Shown here in pieces: positions 32,501-41,169 of a DNA stretch of 50,058 bases (the stretch's first letter is position 1; every line of letters begins with the position of its first letter). Source of the stretch: Priapulus caudatus. Its lineage: Eukaryota. The notes below the pieces were generated by a model that was given only the letters and a program-made list of their open reading frames with translations, was not told the origin of the DNA and did no database searches. Made by a program: the position numbers and the translations under genes. The DNA is taken from the NCBI RefSeq assembly GCF_000485595.1, contig NW_014577085.1:713494-763551 (forward strand), read 5' to 3'.

Positions 32501-34869
32501 AGACTCTCCTTCCTCTGCAGTCTGTACAACCACACGTCCCAGGAGGTGGGCATATAGATCCCCTTCTTGAGCATCCTCCTCTCCGACATCCGATCCTCTT
32601 CACAGTACAGGAGTACGCCCTATCTCCTTCAGGCAACCCTTCCCCTGAAAGATAAGACAACCCCTTCTATGTTATACAGTAACTAAGCGACACTTCGGCC
32701 CTCCCCTCGGAGGTGTATATGAACACCCTTCCTCCTGAGGTGTATCTGAACACCCCTCTCTCATGAGGTGCATCTGACCACCCCTTCCTCCTGAGGTGTA
32801 TCTGAACACCCCTCTCTCATGAGGTGCATCTGAACACCCCTTAATTCCTCCTGAGGTGTATCTGAACACCTCTCTCATGAGGTGTATATGAACACCCCTC
32901 TCTCATGAGGTTTATCTGAACACCGCTCCCTCATGGTGGGCAAATTAATTAATTTATTTAATTAATTATTTTTATTTTTAATGTCTTTTATCTTTTGATT
33001 TCTTATTATTTTTTACTGTTTGGGATGGGATGGGATGGCATGCGATGGCATGCGATGGCATGCGATGGCATGGCATGGCATGGGATGGGATGTGGTGCGA
33101 TGGAATGGCATGGGATGGCATGGCATGGCATGGCACTGAATGTGATGAGATGGGATATGGGATGGGATGCGGTGCGATGGGATGGGATGGGATGGCATGG
33201 AATGGGATGGATGGATGCATGCATGGATAGATAGATAGTTAGATTTTTTGGGGTATTTTCCTTTCAACCAAGCGGTCACCAGCTGAGTAACGCCACTGAT
33301 TCCCCCATACATATCATCACTGTAATGACAGAGCTATTTGCTGGTAAGAGTTTTCTCGTGTTGCCACACTGACACAGAACATGACACAGTACGTGAGGTA
33401 GCTACAGCAAGACGTCAGGCCTCATAATCATTTCAGACAAATTTTAAGCTCACAGAAATTGTGACAGATATGCAAGAAACGATATCTGAATAAATTAGAG
33501 ATTATTTAGGATCCATTAAGGTCATATGCACACTGAGGAAATAAATTTAACCTGCAGCATGTCGTTCAGGTGAAGATATTAATGAAGTGTCTCTATATTG
33601 GCATTCCTTTTCGTGTAATGATATTTTCTCTCTGGGCCTGCTAGGAGGTTAACTTGAACGACAAACGAACGCATGTTTAGTGTGTACTCATCAGCCGCTC
33701 ACTAGTAGATCAAGTGTTACACTTTATTTAGTATTAGTTTACGAAGTAAGCGCGCATGAAATCTGTGCAGGCTGTCAAGAAACTCGCAAAAGCGGTCAAG
33801 TTCTTCCCTGTGATGATGCCACGGCTACTCCACCTGAAAGCATACCTGAGCCTGCTGCTGGGAGACCAGACAGGTGCCCGCAACAGCTTAGAGAAAGCAC
33901 TGGCCCTCTCCATCGAATTAGGTAAGCCTCTGCTTTTGTGATTGTTAATCGTGTTGGCTTAATAAGTAAGTGAGTGAATATTGAACTACTGTGCTGTAGT
34001 TCATTCATTGTAACTGAGGCTGAGAGGGTCTATGTCTCCCAGGGTACTGCCGGAACGTACCCTGGTACTATCTAATATGCAGGACCGTACCTCGCCTACT
34101 CCACTAACGAATCTAGGGAGTCGCCTACGCCTACTCCCTAACCCTAACCCTAACCATATCAGATAGTTACCAGCGTACGTTCCGGTATACCGGACCGTAC
34201 CCAGGGTACGTTCCGGCAGTACCCTGGGGGACATTGACCCTATGAGCGTAACTGAGTTCTAGTGAAGTATACGAATCTATGCTGCACACGCGTGTAATTT
34301 ATAGCACTGATGCACTCGTGCAAAATACAGTGCAGCCTGTATAAATAGCGGTATCCGCACAATGCTATGGGTTTTTTTCATTCGAGTTTCACCAACACCT
34401 GGATCTCCTATTGCCGGTAATGAAAGATCATCGATAATTTCTCATCATGTACCGGATGCATATCATGGGTAGATTCACACTAAACCTTAACTTTACCACT
34501 CGGGCTGATGTTGGAAGAAGAGTAGGCGCGTGTGTATGAGTATCATGTATGGATTCACACTAAACCTGCTAAACCTCACTACTAGGGCTGGTGTTGGAAG
34601 AAGAGTGGGTGCAGCACAGTCAGGACGTGTGGTTCGATGACAGCTGCGAACCTGAAGTCGCCTCCTTCTGGCATGACCACGCCACAGCTAACACGATCAT
34701 GCACTGGGACGAGATATCGGAGATGAGTGGGAAGGACATCAAATTCTCTTTCCCCGTTCCACGAACAGGGTCGCCCACGCTATCCGACGCCGAGCAACAG
34801 GGAGCAGAAAATGACGAGACATCGGCTGTAGATATGCACACACATGCTACCTCCACGATAACAGAGTAG
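2349..34869 (+). CDS. ADCY10: Soluble adenylyl cyclase (adenylate cyclase type 10)-like gene, ~34 coding exons, ~1,800 aa
   Basis: GT-AG exons join in phase to give C1 (FADVSGFT..KFAGDA), C2 (EMREVTIVFMN..NKIFMFDKG..FGLPG..EYTVIGSNVNKAARLMMYYPG), Walker A GDPGIGKT, Walker B LLFTVDDAHFMD, SHGVP and HETAYEVLL, in the order known for sAC. The 5' end may lie upstream of the window or at ATG 2396. Confidence 0.95.
2737..3025. mobile_element. degenerate MITE
   Basis: CTGACAAAGTTGCGC (2760-2774) and GCGCAACTTTGTCAG (3000-3014) are exact inverted repeats. Confidence 0.5.
3409..3546 (+). CDS. ADCY10: sAC exon, C1 (GFTSLTEKY..GADQLTKTLNEY..DILKFAG)
   Basis: tttag|GC acceptor, G|gtgtg donor, phase 1-1. 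Confidence 0.95.
3711..3854 (+). CDS. ADCY10: sAC exon, C1 (GDAILAVW..KLRVKM)
   Basis: attag|GA acceptor, G|gtgag donor; second metal-binding Asp. Confidence 0.95.
4117..4322 (+). CDS. ADCY10: sAC exon, C1 (AIACGEL..VVLSPYAW..QHVR)
   Basis: ttgcag|CA acceptor, AGA|gtgagt donor. Confidence 0.93.
4569..4764 (+). CDS. ADCY10: probable sAC C1-C2 linker exon (VSAVFTEQP..)
   Basis: aaag|GTT acceptor in phase 0; A|gtaaga donor (alternative G|gtataa after 4719); needed to convert phase 0 to phase 1. Confidence 0.55.
4976..5023 (+). CDS. ADCY10: 48-nt sAC linker exon (TASQDSIAEERKKLR)
   Basis: tgcag|TT acceptor, T|gtaagc donor, phase 1-1. Confidence 0.65.
5476..5558 (+). CDS. ADCY10: sAC exon (RRSVFLD..LRRYVISPVRKK)
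   Basis: tttag|TT acceptor, AAG|gtaatc donor. Confidence 0.85.
5651..5728. repeat. (CTGTA)n microsatellite
   Basis: ~15 tandem pentamers. Confidence 0.95.
5769..5925 (+). CDS. ADCY10: sAC exon, C2 start (IDDNQPVEFLSEMREVTIVFMN..)
   Basis: ctag|ATT acceptor, G|gtatg donor. Confidence 0.95.
6010..6684. mobile_element. Kolobok-like non-autonomous element
   Basis: TTAA|AACGATCATTGCAAG..CTCGCAATGATCGCT|TTAA: TIRs with TTAA on both sides. Confidence 0.7.
7200..7231 (+). CDS. ADCY10: 32-nt sAC exon (GCMNKIFMFDK)
   Basis: ttcag|GT acceptor, AAG|gtaac donor; adenine-specifying Lys motif NKxFMFDKG. Confidence 0.95.
7366..7578. repeat. 89-bp direct duplication
   Basis: 7366-7454 matches 7490-7578. 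Confidence 0.9.
7650..7768 (+). CDS. ADCY10: sAC exon, C2 (GTTFLVIFGLPG..)
   Basis: tgcag|GGT acceptor, CT|gtaagc donor. Confidence 0.95.
7891..9193 (+). mobile_element. Helentron-associated (HINE/DINE-1-like) element, copy 1
   Basis: 5' subTIR GCTCATCTGA and hairpin, (GTCC/GTGC)n microsatellite, 3' subTIR TCAGATGAGC, short stem-loop, CTTGTT end, T-rich flank. Confidence 0.8.
9317..9393 (+). CDS. ADCY10: sAC exon, C2 (RTSIGVTVGSTFCGVVGHRHRHEYT)
   Basis: ttcag|G acceptor, G|gtaaat donor. Confidence 0.96.
9440..10610 (+). mobile_element. HINE-like element, copy 2
   Basis: Homologous to copy 1 over the first ~700 bp; same AGATGAGC..GCGGCACTTGTT end. Confidence 0.8.
11416..11617 (+). CDS. ADCY10: sAC exon, end of C2 (VIGSNVNKAARLMMYYPG..LKG..)
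   Basis: ttcag|TT acceptor; GC|gtaatg donor gives the phase 2 needed by the next exon; transition-state Asn/Arg in NKAAR. Confidence 0.92.
11905..11978 (+). CDS. ADCY10: 74-nt sAC exon (MKGKHD..FEYPLVG)
   Basis: atag|G acceptor, G|gtgcg donor; YPLVGR motif at the start of the STAND domain. Confidence 0.85.
12243..12408 (+). CDS. ADCY10: sAC exon, Walker A (GRQKE..VVFHGDPGIGKTRL)
   Basis: acag|GG acceptor, AG|gtatat donor. Confidence 0.95.
12794..12986 (+). CDS. ADCY10: sAC exon (VIDCAV..LCLLNDVLNFR)
   Basis: ccag|G acceptor, CGT|gtaagt donor. Confidence 0.92.
13359..13445 (+). CDS. ADCY10: sAC exon (FPTS..ILQQIVHV)
   Basis: tgcag|TTT acceptor, GTG|gtaagc donor. Confidence 0.9.
13551..13725. 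repeat. compound (GCGT/GT)n and (GATG/GACG)n microsatellite
   Basis: visible tandem runs. Confidence 0.9.
14053..14333 (+). CDS. ADCY10: sAC exon, Walker B (LLFTVDDAHFMDAESWEFL..LACQMLDV)
   Basis: tgcag|GTT acceptor, AC|gtaagt donor. Confidence 0.95.
14405..14681. mobile_element. PIF/Harbinger-type MITE
   Basis: TTA|GGCCAAAACAAAT..TTTGTTTTGTCC|TTA, TTA TSD. Confidence 0.7.
14688..15132 (+). repeat. degenerate TTAGGG-containing minisatellite (~18-bp unit TTAGGGTTGTGATTGGGG)
   Basis: many TTAGGG/TTGGGG/TTGTGA hexamers in register. Confidence 0.85.
15628..16227. mobile_element. PIF/Harbinger-type MITE containing an N gap and a (GCAC)n tract
   Basis: TTA|AGGGCTGGACACACTAGGTGATTAAATCGG..CCGATTTAATCACCTAGTGTGTCCGGCCCT|TTA; internal GCCCGATTT subrepeats. 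Confidence 0.85.
16627..16810 (+). CDS. ADCY10: sAC exon (LMKEKSHGVPSWCDQLL..)
   Basis: ttgcag|T acceptor, AAG|gtgaga donor; STAND GxP motif. Confidence 0.93.
17099..17216 (+). CDS. ADCY10: sAC exon (LGVTP..VCVIAPGV..MPDSMKG)
   Basis: tttag|CTA acceptor, G|gtac donor. Confidence 0.88.
17271..17372. repeat. ~21-bp tandem repeat GGCCGACAGGTTTGGATTTCA
   Basis: 5 diverged units, probably subterminal repeats of a DNA element. Confidence 0.8.
20944..21555 (+). mobile_element. HINE-like element, copy 3 (3'-truncated)
   Basis: Closely matches the 5' ~620 bp of copy 1, then breaks into a C-rich tract. Confidence 0.8.
21734..22095 (+). CDS. ADCY10: sAC exon garbled by indels (GMLLA..IGMSFTT..ILERII..LQRLM..LECA); 3' end approximate
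   Basis: tatag|GC ATG CTA CTA GCC continues DSMK-G in phase; the expected motifs are split across two frames. Confidence 0.65.
23284..23633 (+). CDS. ADCY10: sAC exon (RFKTALMHETAYEVLLENQRIELHVTCARFLE..CLPCGG..)
   Basis: ttcag|G acceptor, G|gtatat donor. Confidence 0.93.
23961..24332. mobile_element. hAT-type MITE
   Basis: TAGTGATGTCA..TGACAACACTA TIRs with exact 8-bp TSD CCTGCTAC (23953-23960, 24333-24340). Confidence 0.85.
24369..24573 (+). CDS. ADCY10: sAC exon, acidic low-complexity insert (QQDSDS..LRRRSSFGGAL)
   Basis: tgcag|TT acceptor, GG|gtgagg donor; phases 1 and 2 fit both neighbours. Confidence 0.8.
25213..25393 (+). CDS. ADCY10: sAC exon (EDVDLRNCQCNEVLAYVYPQLVRHWRAAG..)
   Basis: tgcag|A acceptor, CAG|gtac donor. 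Confidence 0.93.
26334..26531 (+). CDS. ADCY10: sAC exon (ALSHLYEA..VQSLIGQ)
   Basis: ccag|GCG acceptor, CAG|gtac donor. Confidence 0.9.
26801..26976 (+). CDS. ADCY10: sAC exon, TPR-like (ALLDSGRHDEAEGHFLASLKALG..)
   Basis: aaag|GCT acceptor, AG|gtgagt donor. Confidence 0.9.
27533..27683 (+). CDS. ADCY10: sAC exon (..EHTRCLSNLWQVY..LQAVNIAEE..)
   Basis: ccag|T acceptor, CAG|gtgaag donor. Confidence 0.9.
28188..28279 (+). CDS. ADCY10: sAC exon (LIIAYTLMM..YEGLAMKR)
   Basis: cgcag|TTG acceptor, AG|gtaaaa donor. Confidence 0.88.
28374..28830 (-). mobile_element. possible degenerate 3' end of a CR1/L2-type LINE
   Basis: Minus strand ends in AATAAAGAATCTGAAATCTGAA (polyA signal plus short tandem tail), preceded by a stem-loop at ~28500-28540. 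Confidence 0.4.
29011..29129 (+). CDS. ADCY10: sAC exon (CYVLQD..GRIDQAIKSG)
   Basis: gtag|G acceptor, G|gtacat donor. Confidence 0.88.
29374..29470 (+). CDS. ADCY10: sAC exon (MKANKI..QPTLARSLILAGR)
   Basis: gtag|GA acceptor, AG|gtatgt donor. Confidence 0.88.
29775..29890 (+). CDS. ADCY10: sAC exon (YSTCVDIL..WYYAGCFDIALEAG)
   Basis: acag|G acceptor, G|gtaaat donor. Confidence 0.9.
30384..30504 (+). CDS. ADCY10: sAC exon (FQVETFDDCKEF..MACMALW)
   Basis: tcag|GG acceptor, TG|gtgagc donor. Confidence 0.9.
30625..31248 (+). repeat. ~27-29-bp minisatellite GTGTTCA(T/G)ATACACCTCAG(A/G)AGGGAGGG
   Basis: ~20 units running into the N gap; inverted continuation at 32700-32935; another copy at 45858-45945. 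Confidence 0.92.
31715..31905 (-). pseudogene. ADCY10: inverted, indel-bearing copy of the sAC exon YSRKMAWDEAEIWF..
   Basis: Reverse complement of 46761-46956 with several 1-nt indels; sits where the exon belongs but on the wrong strand. Confidence 0.85.
33020..33238. repeat. (ATGGG/ATGGC)n pentamer microsatellite
   Basis: visible; noisy copies at ~47447-47555 and ~47770-48010. Confidence 0.9.
33771..33921 (+). CDS. ADCY10: sAC penultimate exon (AVKKLAKAVKFFPVMMPRLLHLKAY..SIELG)
   Basis: tgcag|GCT acceptor, G|gtaagc donor. Confidence 0.92.
34019..34247. mobile_element. Mutator (MULE)-type MITE with internal (CCCTAA)3
   Basis: ~47-bp TIRs and exact 9-bp TSD GTAACTGAG (34010-34018, 34248-34256). 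Confidence 0.88.
34586..34869 (+). CDS. ADCY10: sAC last coding exon (LVLEEEWVQHSQDVWF..stop)
   Basis: ctag|GG acceptor, TAG stop at 34867-34869. Confidence 0.88.
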
Positions 34870-35259
34870 TCATCATTTAATGGCCTGGTGTTGTTACGCA
34901 GCCCTTTCTCTAGAAGGTTCTTTGAGAGGGTTTTTAAATTTCATAGACTGGTGTCATGAGTGGTCGCTAAGATTTTTAATGTGCTGTCAAATATGTTTTT
35001 TTGTATTATTTTCCTTGAATTTTCACCGATTCTAAACAGTGTCTTTGTTCAGTATTTAGTATTTGATTCTGTGTCATGTTCGTATTCACTATTTAAATGT
35101 TCAGTTCAAGTCTGGGTAACATGACATATCTGCCATTTCATACTTCATTGACCTAAATCAACACGCAATTTTTATCTGTGATCTATTTACTCCAAGAAAT
35201 CCCATCGATTTCATCCTCTCTGCCATATAATATACGTCTTATATCTATTTCAATATGTG

Positions 35260-35265
35260 AATAAA
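35260..35265 (+). promoter_or_regulatory. candidate polyadenylation signal
   Basis: AATAAA ~390 nt after the stop, followed by GT-rich sequence. Confidence 0.5.
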
Positions 35266-36300
35266 TGTATGTTCCAAATTGACGACTGGCGTTGTTATTT
35301 ATGTGCTGTCAGCTAGGGACGTTATCCAACCTTCTAATGTGTTGATAGCTTTTCTCAAATTTAATTTTGTCTTTATAGATAAGAAGTCAGATAAGAACAC
35401 TACTTTGATAACGTATGCTTACAAAATATTTTCAGAATATTCTGACCTGCTAATGCTGTAAAGAACTCGGAGGTGTATATGCTTGCTAAACTAATATATA
35501 TACTTTAAAAACACAACTGGGTCTGAAATCTTTAATATTCTAACTTTGATCGGTTGTTTCTCTTCAATGAAATCCTGGGAACTGCTACACCACGTCAGGT
35601 TTACTCACCGGATATATTTATATAATCAAGGGTTAATAATGACAAATTTGTCTTTATTAACCCCTGATATAATATATATGTATTCGCTCCCCCCTCTCTC
35701 TCTGGCCCGCTCTCGTTCTCTCTTACTTGCGTACCACACTACTTCGAAAGCTGTGAGTTCAAACCCCCGACCAGGACAAAATTGAAGGTGTAAAATCATG
35801 GCCCTCGACAAAAGTGACTGTGAATTTCTCGTGGCTCGGACACCCACGTAAATAGCGGCCGAGTCTCCAGTGATGGGAACGTAAAAGAAATACTTCGCAC
35901 GTAAAACATTCTGGCAGAGACCACCCATCACGAGTGTCCGTACTCACGTGTGCGGGCTTTATATTATCGCTGTATCTCGTGTAAGGGACACCGGGGATTC
36001 TAATAACATAGCATTTTGATAGCATAACATCAGGAGTGGATAATAGAGACTCTATTATCCACTCCTGATAACATAGTAACGTGACGTGACGTGACGTAAC
36101 ACAACATACCATAATGTAACACCTTTGTGTGTGAGTTCGTTTGATCGGGTGTATACATTGTGTGTTTTATTCCTTGCACTGTCACAAATTTTACATCGCA
36201 CCTCGCTATCTCTCCTTAATCTCTGCTCTTAGCATTTCCTTAATCTGATGCCGTCCCTCTCTAATACTCATCTTCCCTCTTAATGATTCCTTAACCCCAC

Positions 36301-36353
<53 letters not shown>

Positions 36354-37484
36354 TCGCTCTCATTCTTTCTCTCATTCGCAGTAAAAAATCCTATTGCAAT
36401 AATCTCTCAGCCGCGTCCCTCTGAATAACCCGTCTTTGCACATCTATTTTGCTCTTTTATCTATGTCGGCAGAATCTAGCAGTAAGTACATCCATGATGG
36501 CATTCAGCATACGAAATTTTCGCAGCAAATTAAACATGTTTACAGCATGGCGATCGTGCGGCAGGTGAGGCGTAAAGCAGATAAGGTCTATGTCCCCCTG
36601 ACCTCTGTTTGACGCTGGCTCGTTTAGGCTATTTCTGAGCTAATATATATATATCACAAGAGATATAATACCCAAAGGGCTAATAATACCAAGCTAATAA
36701 TACCAATACCGCAATAATACCAACCCTAAATATATCAAGAGGTATTATTAAGGCTCTGATATATATATATCTTATATAGTAATACTGTAACGGCCGCGTG
36801 TAATTTCAGCGTATTGCCTCCCGAAAACCGCGCGTAAGGAATGTGGCATTAACTGCTTACCGGGGGGTTTCGACACGTGGCGGAAGACTGATAAGCTATG
36901 TCACATAAGCTTTATTTTGCATAACAAACCGTATACTAAAAGCAAACATTTCACCGAATCTTGGGAAATTCTGCCCTAGCAACGCGCGTGCGAACCTTGA
37001 CGACGGGTCTGATGCAACAATGAATATTAAAACATTATTTAAAAATATTTATCCTGCTTGATGATGCCTTCGGCGAAAATATTTCGGGAGTCAAATGCAA
37101 TTGATTAACATAGACCATTTATTGGAAAATCTATAAACTTCAACGGAATGACACACACCTAAAACTGCACAGACAAGACCACAAATTTGGAAATGAAGCC
37201 AGCAGCGTATGATAGCAATAATATGGGTCACTAAGAGAGTTATATGAAACATTAAGAACTTTGGTAGTAAATAGATTTCGTATTTAATTTAGAATTATAA
37301 TTTATTGAAACGCTTCAGTGCCTGTGATTATGCACGTATCATGTGATCTGTGGGCATGAGATGTAAACTGTATTGTTAGAGACTGTAAACGTGATATACG
37401 TAGGCTGCCTACGGTGACTGTCGCCGAGCATGCACGTACGCGTCAACTATAGTACTGAGTACTGCACGTATCATGTGACTCGTT

Positions 37485-37995
37485 AGTTGAGATGGCGGCG
37501 TCAATGTGGACTGTACGATTGAGATGTGCGTATTGTGACTGTAGATTGAGATGTGGCGTATGTAGCTGTTAATATTGACATGTGCGTAGTGTGACTGTAG
37601 TTAGATGTGCGTAATGTGACTGTAGGCGTTGAGATGTGGCGATGTGACTGTAGATTGAGATGGTCGCGTATGTGACTGTAGATTGAGATGCTGCGTAATG
37701 TGCTGTAGGGTTGAGATGTGCGTCGAGGTTTGACTGTAGGGTTGAGATGTGCGGCGGTATGTGACTGTAGATTGAGATTGAGATGTCGTATGTGACTGTA
37801 GGTTGATGATGTGGGTATGTGACCTGTAGATTGACGATGTGCGTTAATGTGTACTGTAGGATTGAGGATGTGCGTATATGACTGTAGATTTGAGATTGCT
37901 GGCGTATGTGACTCAGACTGGTAGACGGAGTATGTACGTAACGTGACTAAACTGAGATGTCAACATGTACGTGGTGACTGTAGACTGATATATGT
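37485..37995. repeat. ~26-bp minisatellite GATGTGCGTATGTGACTGTAGATTGA
   Basis: ~18 noisy units. Confidence 0.85.
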
Positions 37996-39558
37996 GGAAT
38001 GATAACAAGGAATGGCCAAGTTTATGTCTTATATTATAATTAGCTCCTGACGTTGGCATTTGACGAATAGTGTGTCGCTGGCGCTCATCTTATAATACGA
38101 CTGCACTTCTTCTTCTGTGTTCCGTAACATTAGGTTCTGCACAGGCGCACCAAAGACCTGTTTGGCTACGGTACGGCTACATAATATTTATCTATGATTA
38201 TAATATAAAGTCATAACGAAACTACAGGTTTGTTCCAAAACTAACTCAGTGCAGACAAAGCCATCTCGCAGACAAAACGAGAGGCCAACAAACTACCTCC
38301 ATATATTCTCTGTCATCAATATCACCCGTAGCTAGCATGCCTCTCCACCGGCCGTCAATTTTAAAAGCCAGGAGCACTAATCAGTTTCATTACCCAACCC
38401 TAGATATGCACTAAAACGGACTCGTGCACACGCGACCACAGACTTATACAATTAGGTAACCCCGCACGACTATAGTTCTTAGATGCCTGTAATCCTCAGC
38501 TGGAAGCGCATGTCCTCACAAAAGAGTCGCTCTCCGCGCGTGTTAAACTTGAGCCCTCCGACGGCAAAAACCTTCCATTCACACTACAGGGGATTCAATT
38601 TCAATCAGACATTTGGGCCTAACTCTAATGACTATAAAACAAGTCAGCGGCAAAACTTCGACAAAACTCGGACTCTATATCGCTCCAGCCCCATGTGATT
38701 CTCCCAACGGCCAGCGCTATCATGTTGCCTTTTCAGCGTGCCAGCGGCTACTGCACAACATCTACATCAAAAGTGGACAAACAGTTCATCACCAAGGGCC
38801 TTTTCACAGCAGGACTCGCCAACGGCAACAACTGTCATCTACAAGGAAATCTTTTAAGCGACCTAAGGTAGGAAAACCACCCGCATCACCGACCCAAGCT
38901 TCTATATCACATCTTACTACTACTGTAACGGCTGTTTAGAATTTGCTATGTTTATCGAGTACATCGAAGGGATGTTCTTTATTTGTAGCTGGCTGTTTGA
39001 AATTTTGCTGGTTTTTATGAGTTATAACTGAAGGCAGTCTTCATGTCTTGCAATTTAAAAAGGGTCACAAATTTAGATCTTTTTAGGAAATTTTACCATG
39101 AACGCCGCAAAAACACCAGCCGCAAATATTTACCCGTTTACAACTATGCCACAGGTAGACTTTGGCCAGAACATTCAAACTTCCGGTGCGGAGCATGGGT
39201 ATTTGCTAGTATATTATATATATATATAATATCAACGTATATATATAGTAGTATATATATATATATATAATAATATATATGGGTTAGGTTTTAGTCCAGA
39301 AATAGCTAACAGACGCGCCAGGTGCAAACAGTAGAGAAAAACAGGGGACCATAGACACCTACGACACAGAAGTAAGACACCTCCTGTTGAGTATTGTAAT
39401 TAATATTCTATTATGTTATATAATATCAAGAGCTAATAATACCTGCTTATTATCTTAGGTATTATTAGCTCTTGATACATCATGCCATTATTGGAAAGCC
39501 CCGCTTGCGTGTCTTAGTTATTGAGCAGAGAGAGAGAGAGAGAGAAGAGAGAGAGAGC

Positions 39559-39591
<33 letters not shown>

Positions 39592-40669
39592 GAGAGAGCG
39601 CGAAGAGCGAGATGTTAACAGATGTCGCGTCAAATCGATGCCCAGCGTGTGGCGCCTTAATCCGTTGTTTTCGTGGAGCATGACAGTTGCGTGATCTACG
39701 GTAATGCGTCTAATCATTAGGTATCGTTCAACCCGACCAACTTGCTTGTACGCCAGCCGAAGAGCGGTGAGCTGTGCGGCACACCCGTGCGGCGATGATA
39801 GACACGCCAAATACATCTTATAGTTCCAACCACCAATCACTAGTCAACTATATCCCGAGTTAGCTATAGAGTGTGGGCTTACTAAATAGTGTGTGTGTGT
39901 GCATAACACATAGATAACACGTGCATTGTTCGCAGCGCGAAGAACGCACACGCAATATTTATATACCTTACGCGGCGAATATCTCCTTACATCAGGCAAA
40001 TTGCGGCTCTCACGTGCACTTGTTTATCATCATCTCTAGAAAAGAAAGAAGAGCGGTGTGCTGCGTTAGCTGCTGAACCTAGTGGTGGGGGGGGTTGGTA
40101 CCCCTGCATTCATTCAGCAGCTGAGTAGCCTACCAGCGTGTGATCGTTGGATAACACGTCGGGTAGTAGCCGATTCGCCGCAAGTAAGCAGGGCGTCTTC
40201 GGCATATTTATTTATTTATTTATTCATATTTGCGATATTCAAGGTCACGGGGCCAGTGAAGCGGGGCGCGCCTGCAATATCAACCATTCTTTCGCCAAAT
40301 AAAGACCGGACTTCGCTGAGTCGGACCCAATTTAGCGAAGGAGCGCTTTCTCAATAATTGGCAAATTACATACGCTGAATATGGTAGAATGGGGACCTTT
40401 ATTGGCTGTACGGTGTGGGAAATTCGTGATGCGTGACGCCGCCGGTGCACTCGTCGTGTGAGTATTTCGACGTGCGGTTACCCGCTCCAACGTTCTAGCA
40501 TCAATGTCGATGACACTGGCCCACGCAGCGGCCGCAGTGTCTGTGTACGGTAACCGACTAATTAATCGCACACGTTGGAACAATTGCGGCGCTAAGGCGA
40601 GTGGATTTTTAACAGGAAATTCACAGGAAGCGCGCGAGCATGAATTGTTAATCAACGTCGGTTTGGTTA

Positions 40670-41048
40670 CGTCACTGACACCGCCGTGGTTACGTCGCCG
40701 ATACGGCCGTGATGACGCTCCGATACGGCTGTATGACGACCTTGACACCGCCGTAGTGACGCCACCGACAGCGCCGTGGTGACGTTACCGGCAATGCCCT
40801 GGTTACGTCACCGATACGGCCGTTGTGATGTCCATGACACCGCCGTAGTGACGTCACCGACAGCGCCGTGGTAACGTCACAGACACTGCCGTGATGATGT
40901 TACTGGCACAGCGTGGTGACATCACTGACACTGCCGTGGTTGCGTCACCGACACTGCCGTCGTTACGTCACCGACACCGCCGTCGTTACGTCACCGACAC
41001 TGCCATGGTAACGATCCTGACACCGGCATGACTGTCACGCACACCGTG
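40670..41048. repeat. 23-bp minisatellite GACAC(C/T)GCCGTGGTTACGTCACC
   Basis: ~16 units. Confidence 0.88.
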
Positions 41049-41169
41049 TTACACGATAGAAATAATATACTAGTGGCTCTATATATTTATATGATGATAC
41101 ACATGCCTGATAGGGAGTAGTGTGGGGGTGGCAGTATTTTGATGGTATAGTAAATACGCTCCTGGGAAG

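Noticed and set aside
32978..33312. MGW / HPIP-rich ORFs (also 47661-48105)
   Set aside because: Pentamer microsatellite translations
38050..40660. Short ORFs suggesting a second gene
   Set aside because: No consistent splice chain or protein motif; the region looks low-quality and repeat-derived
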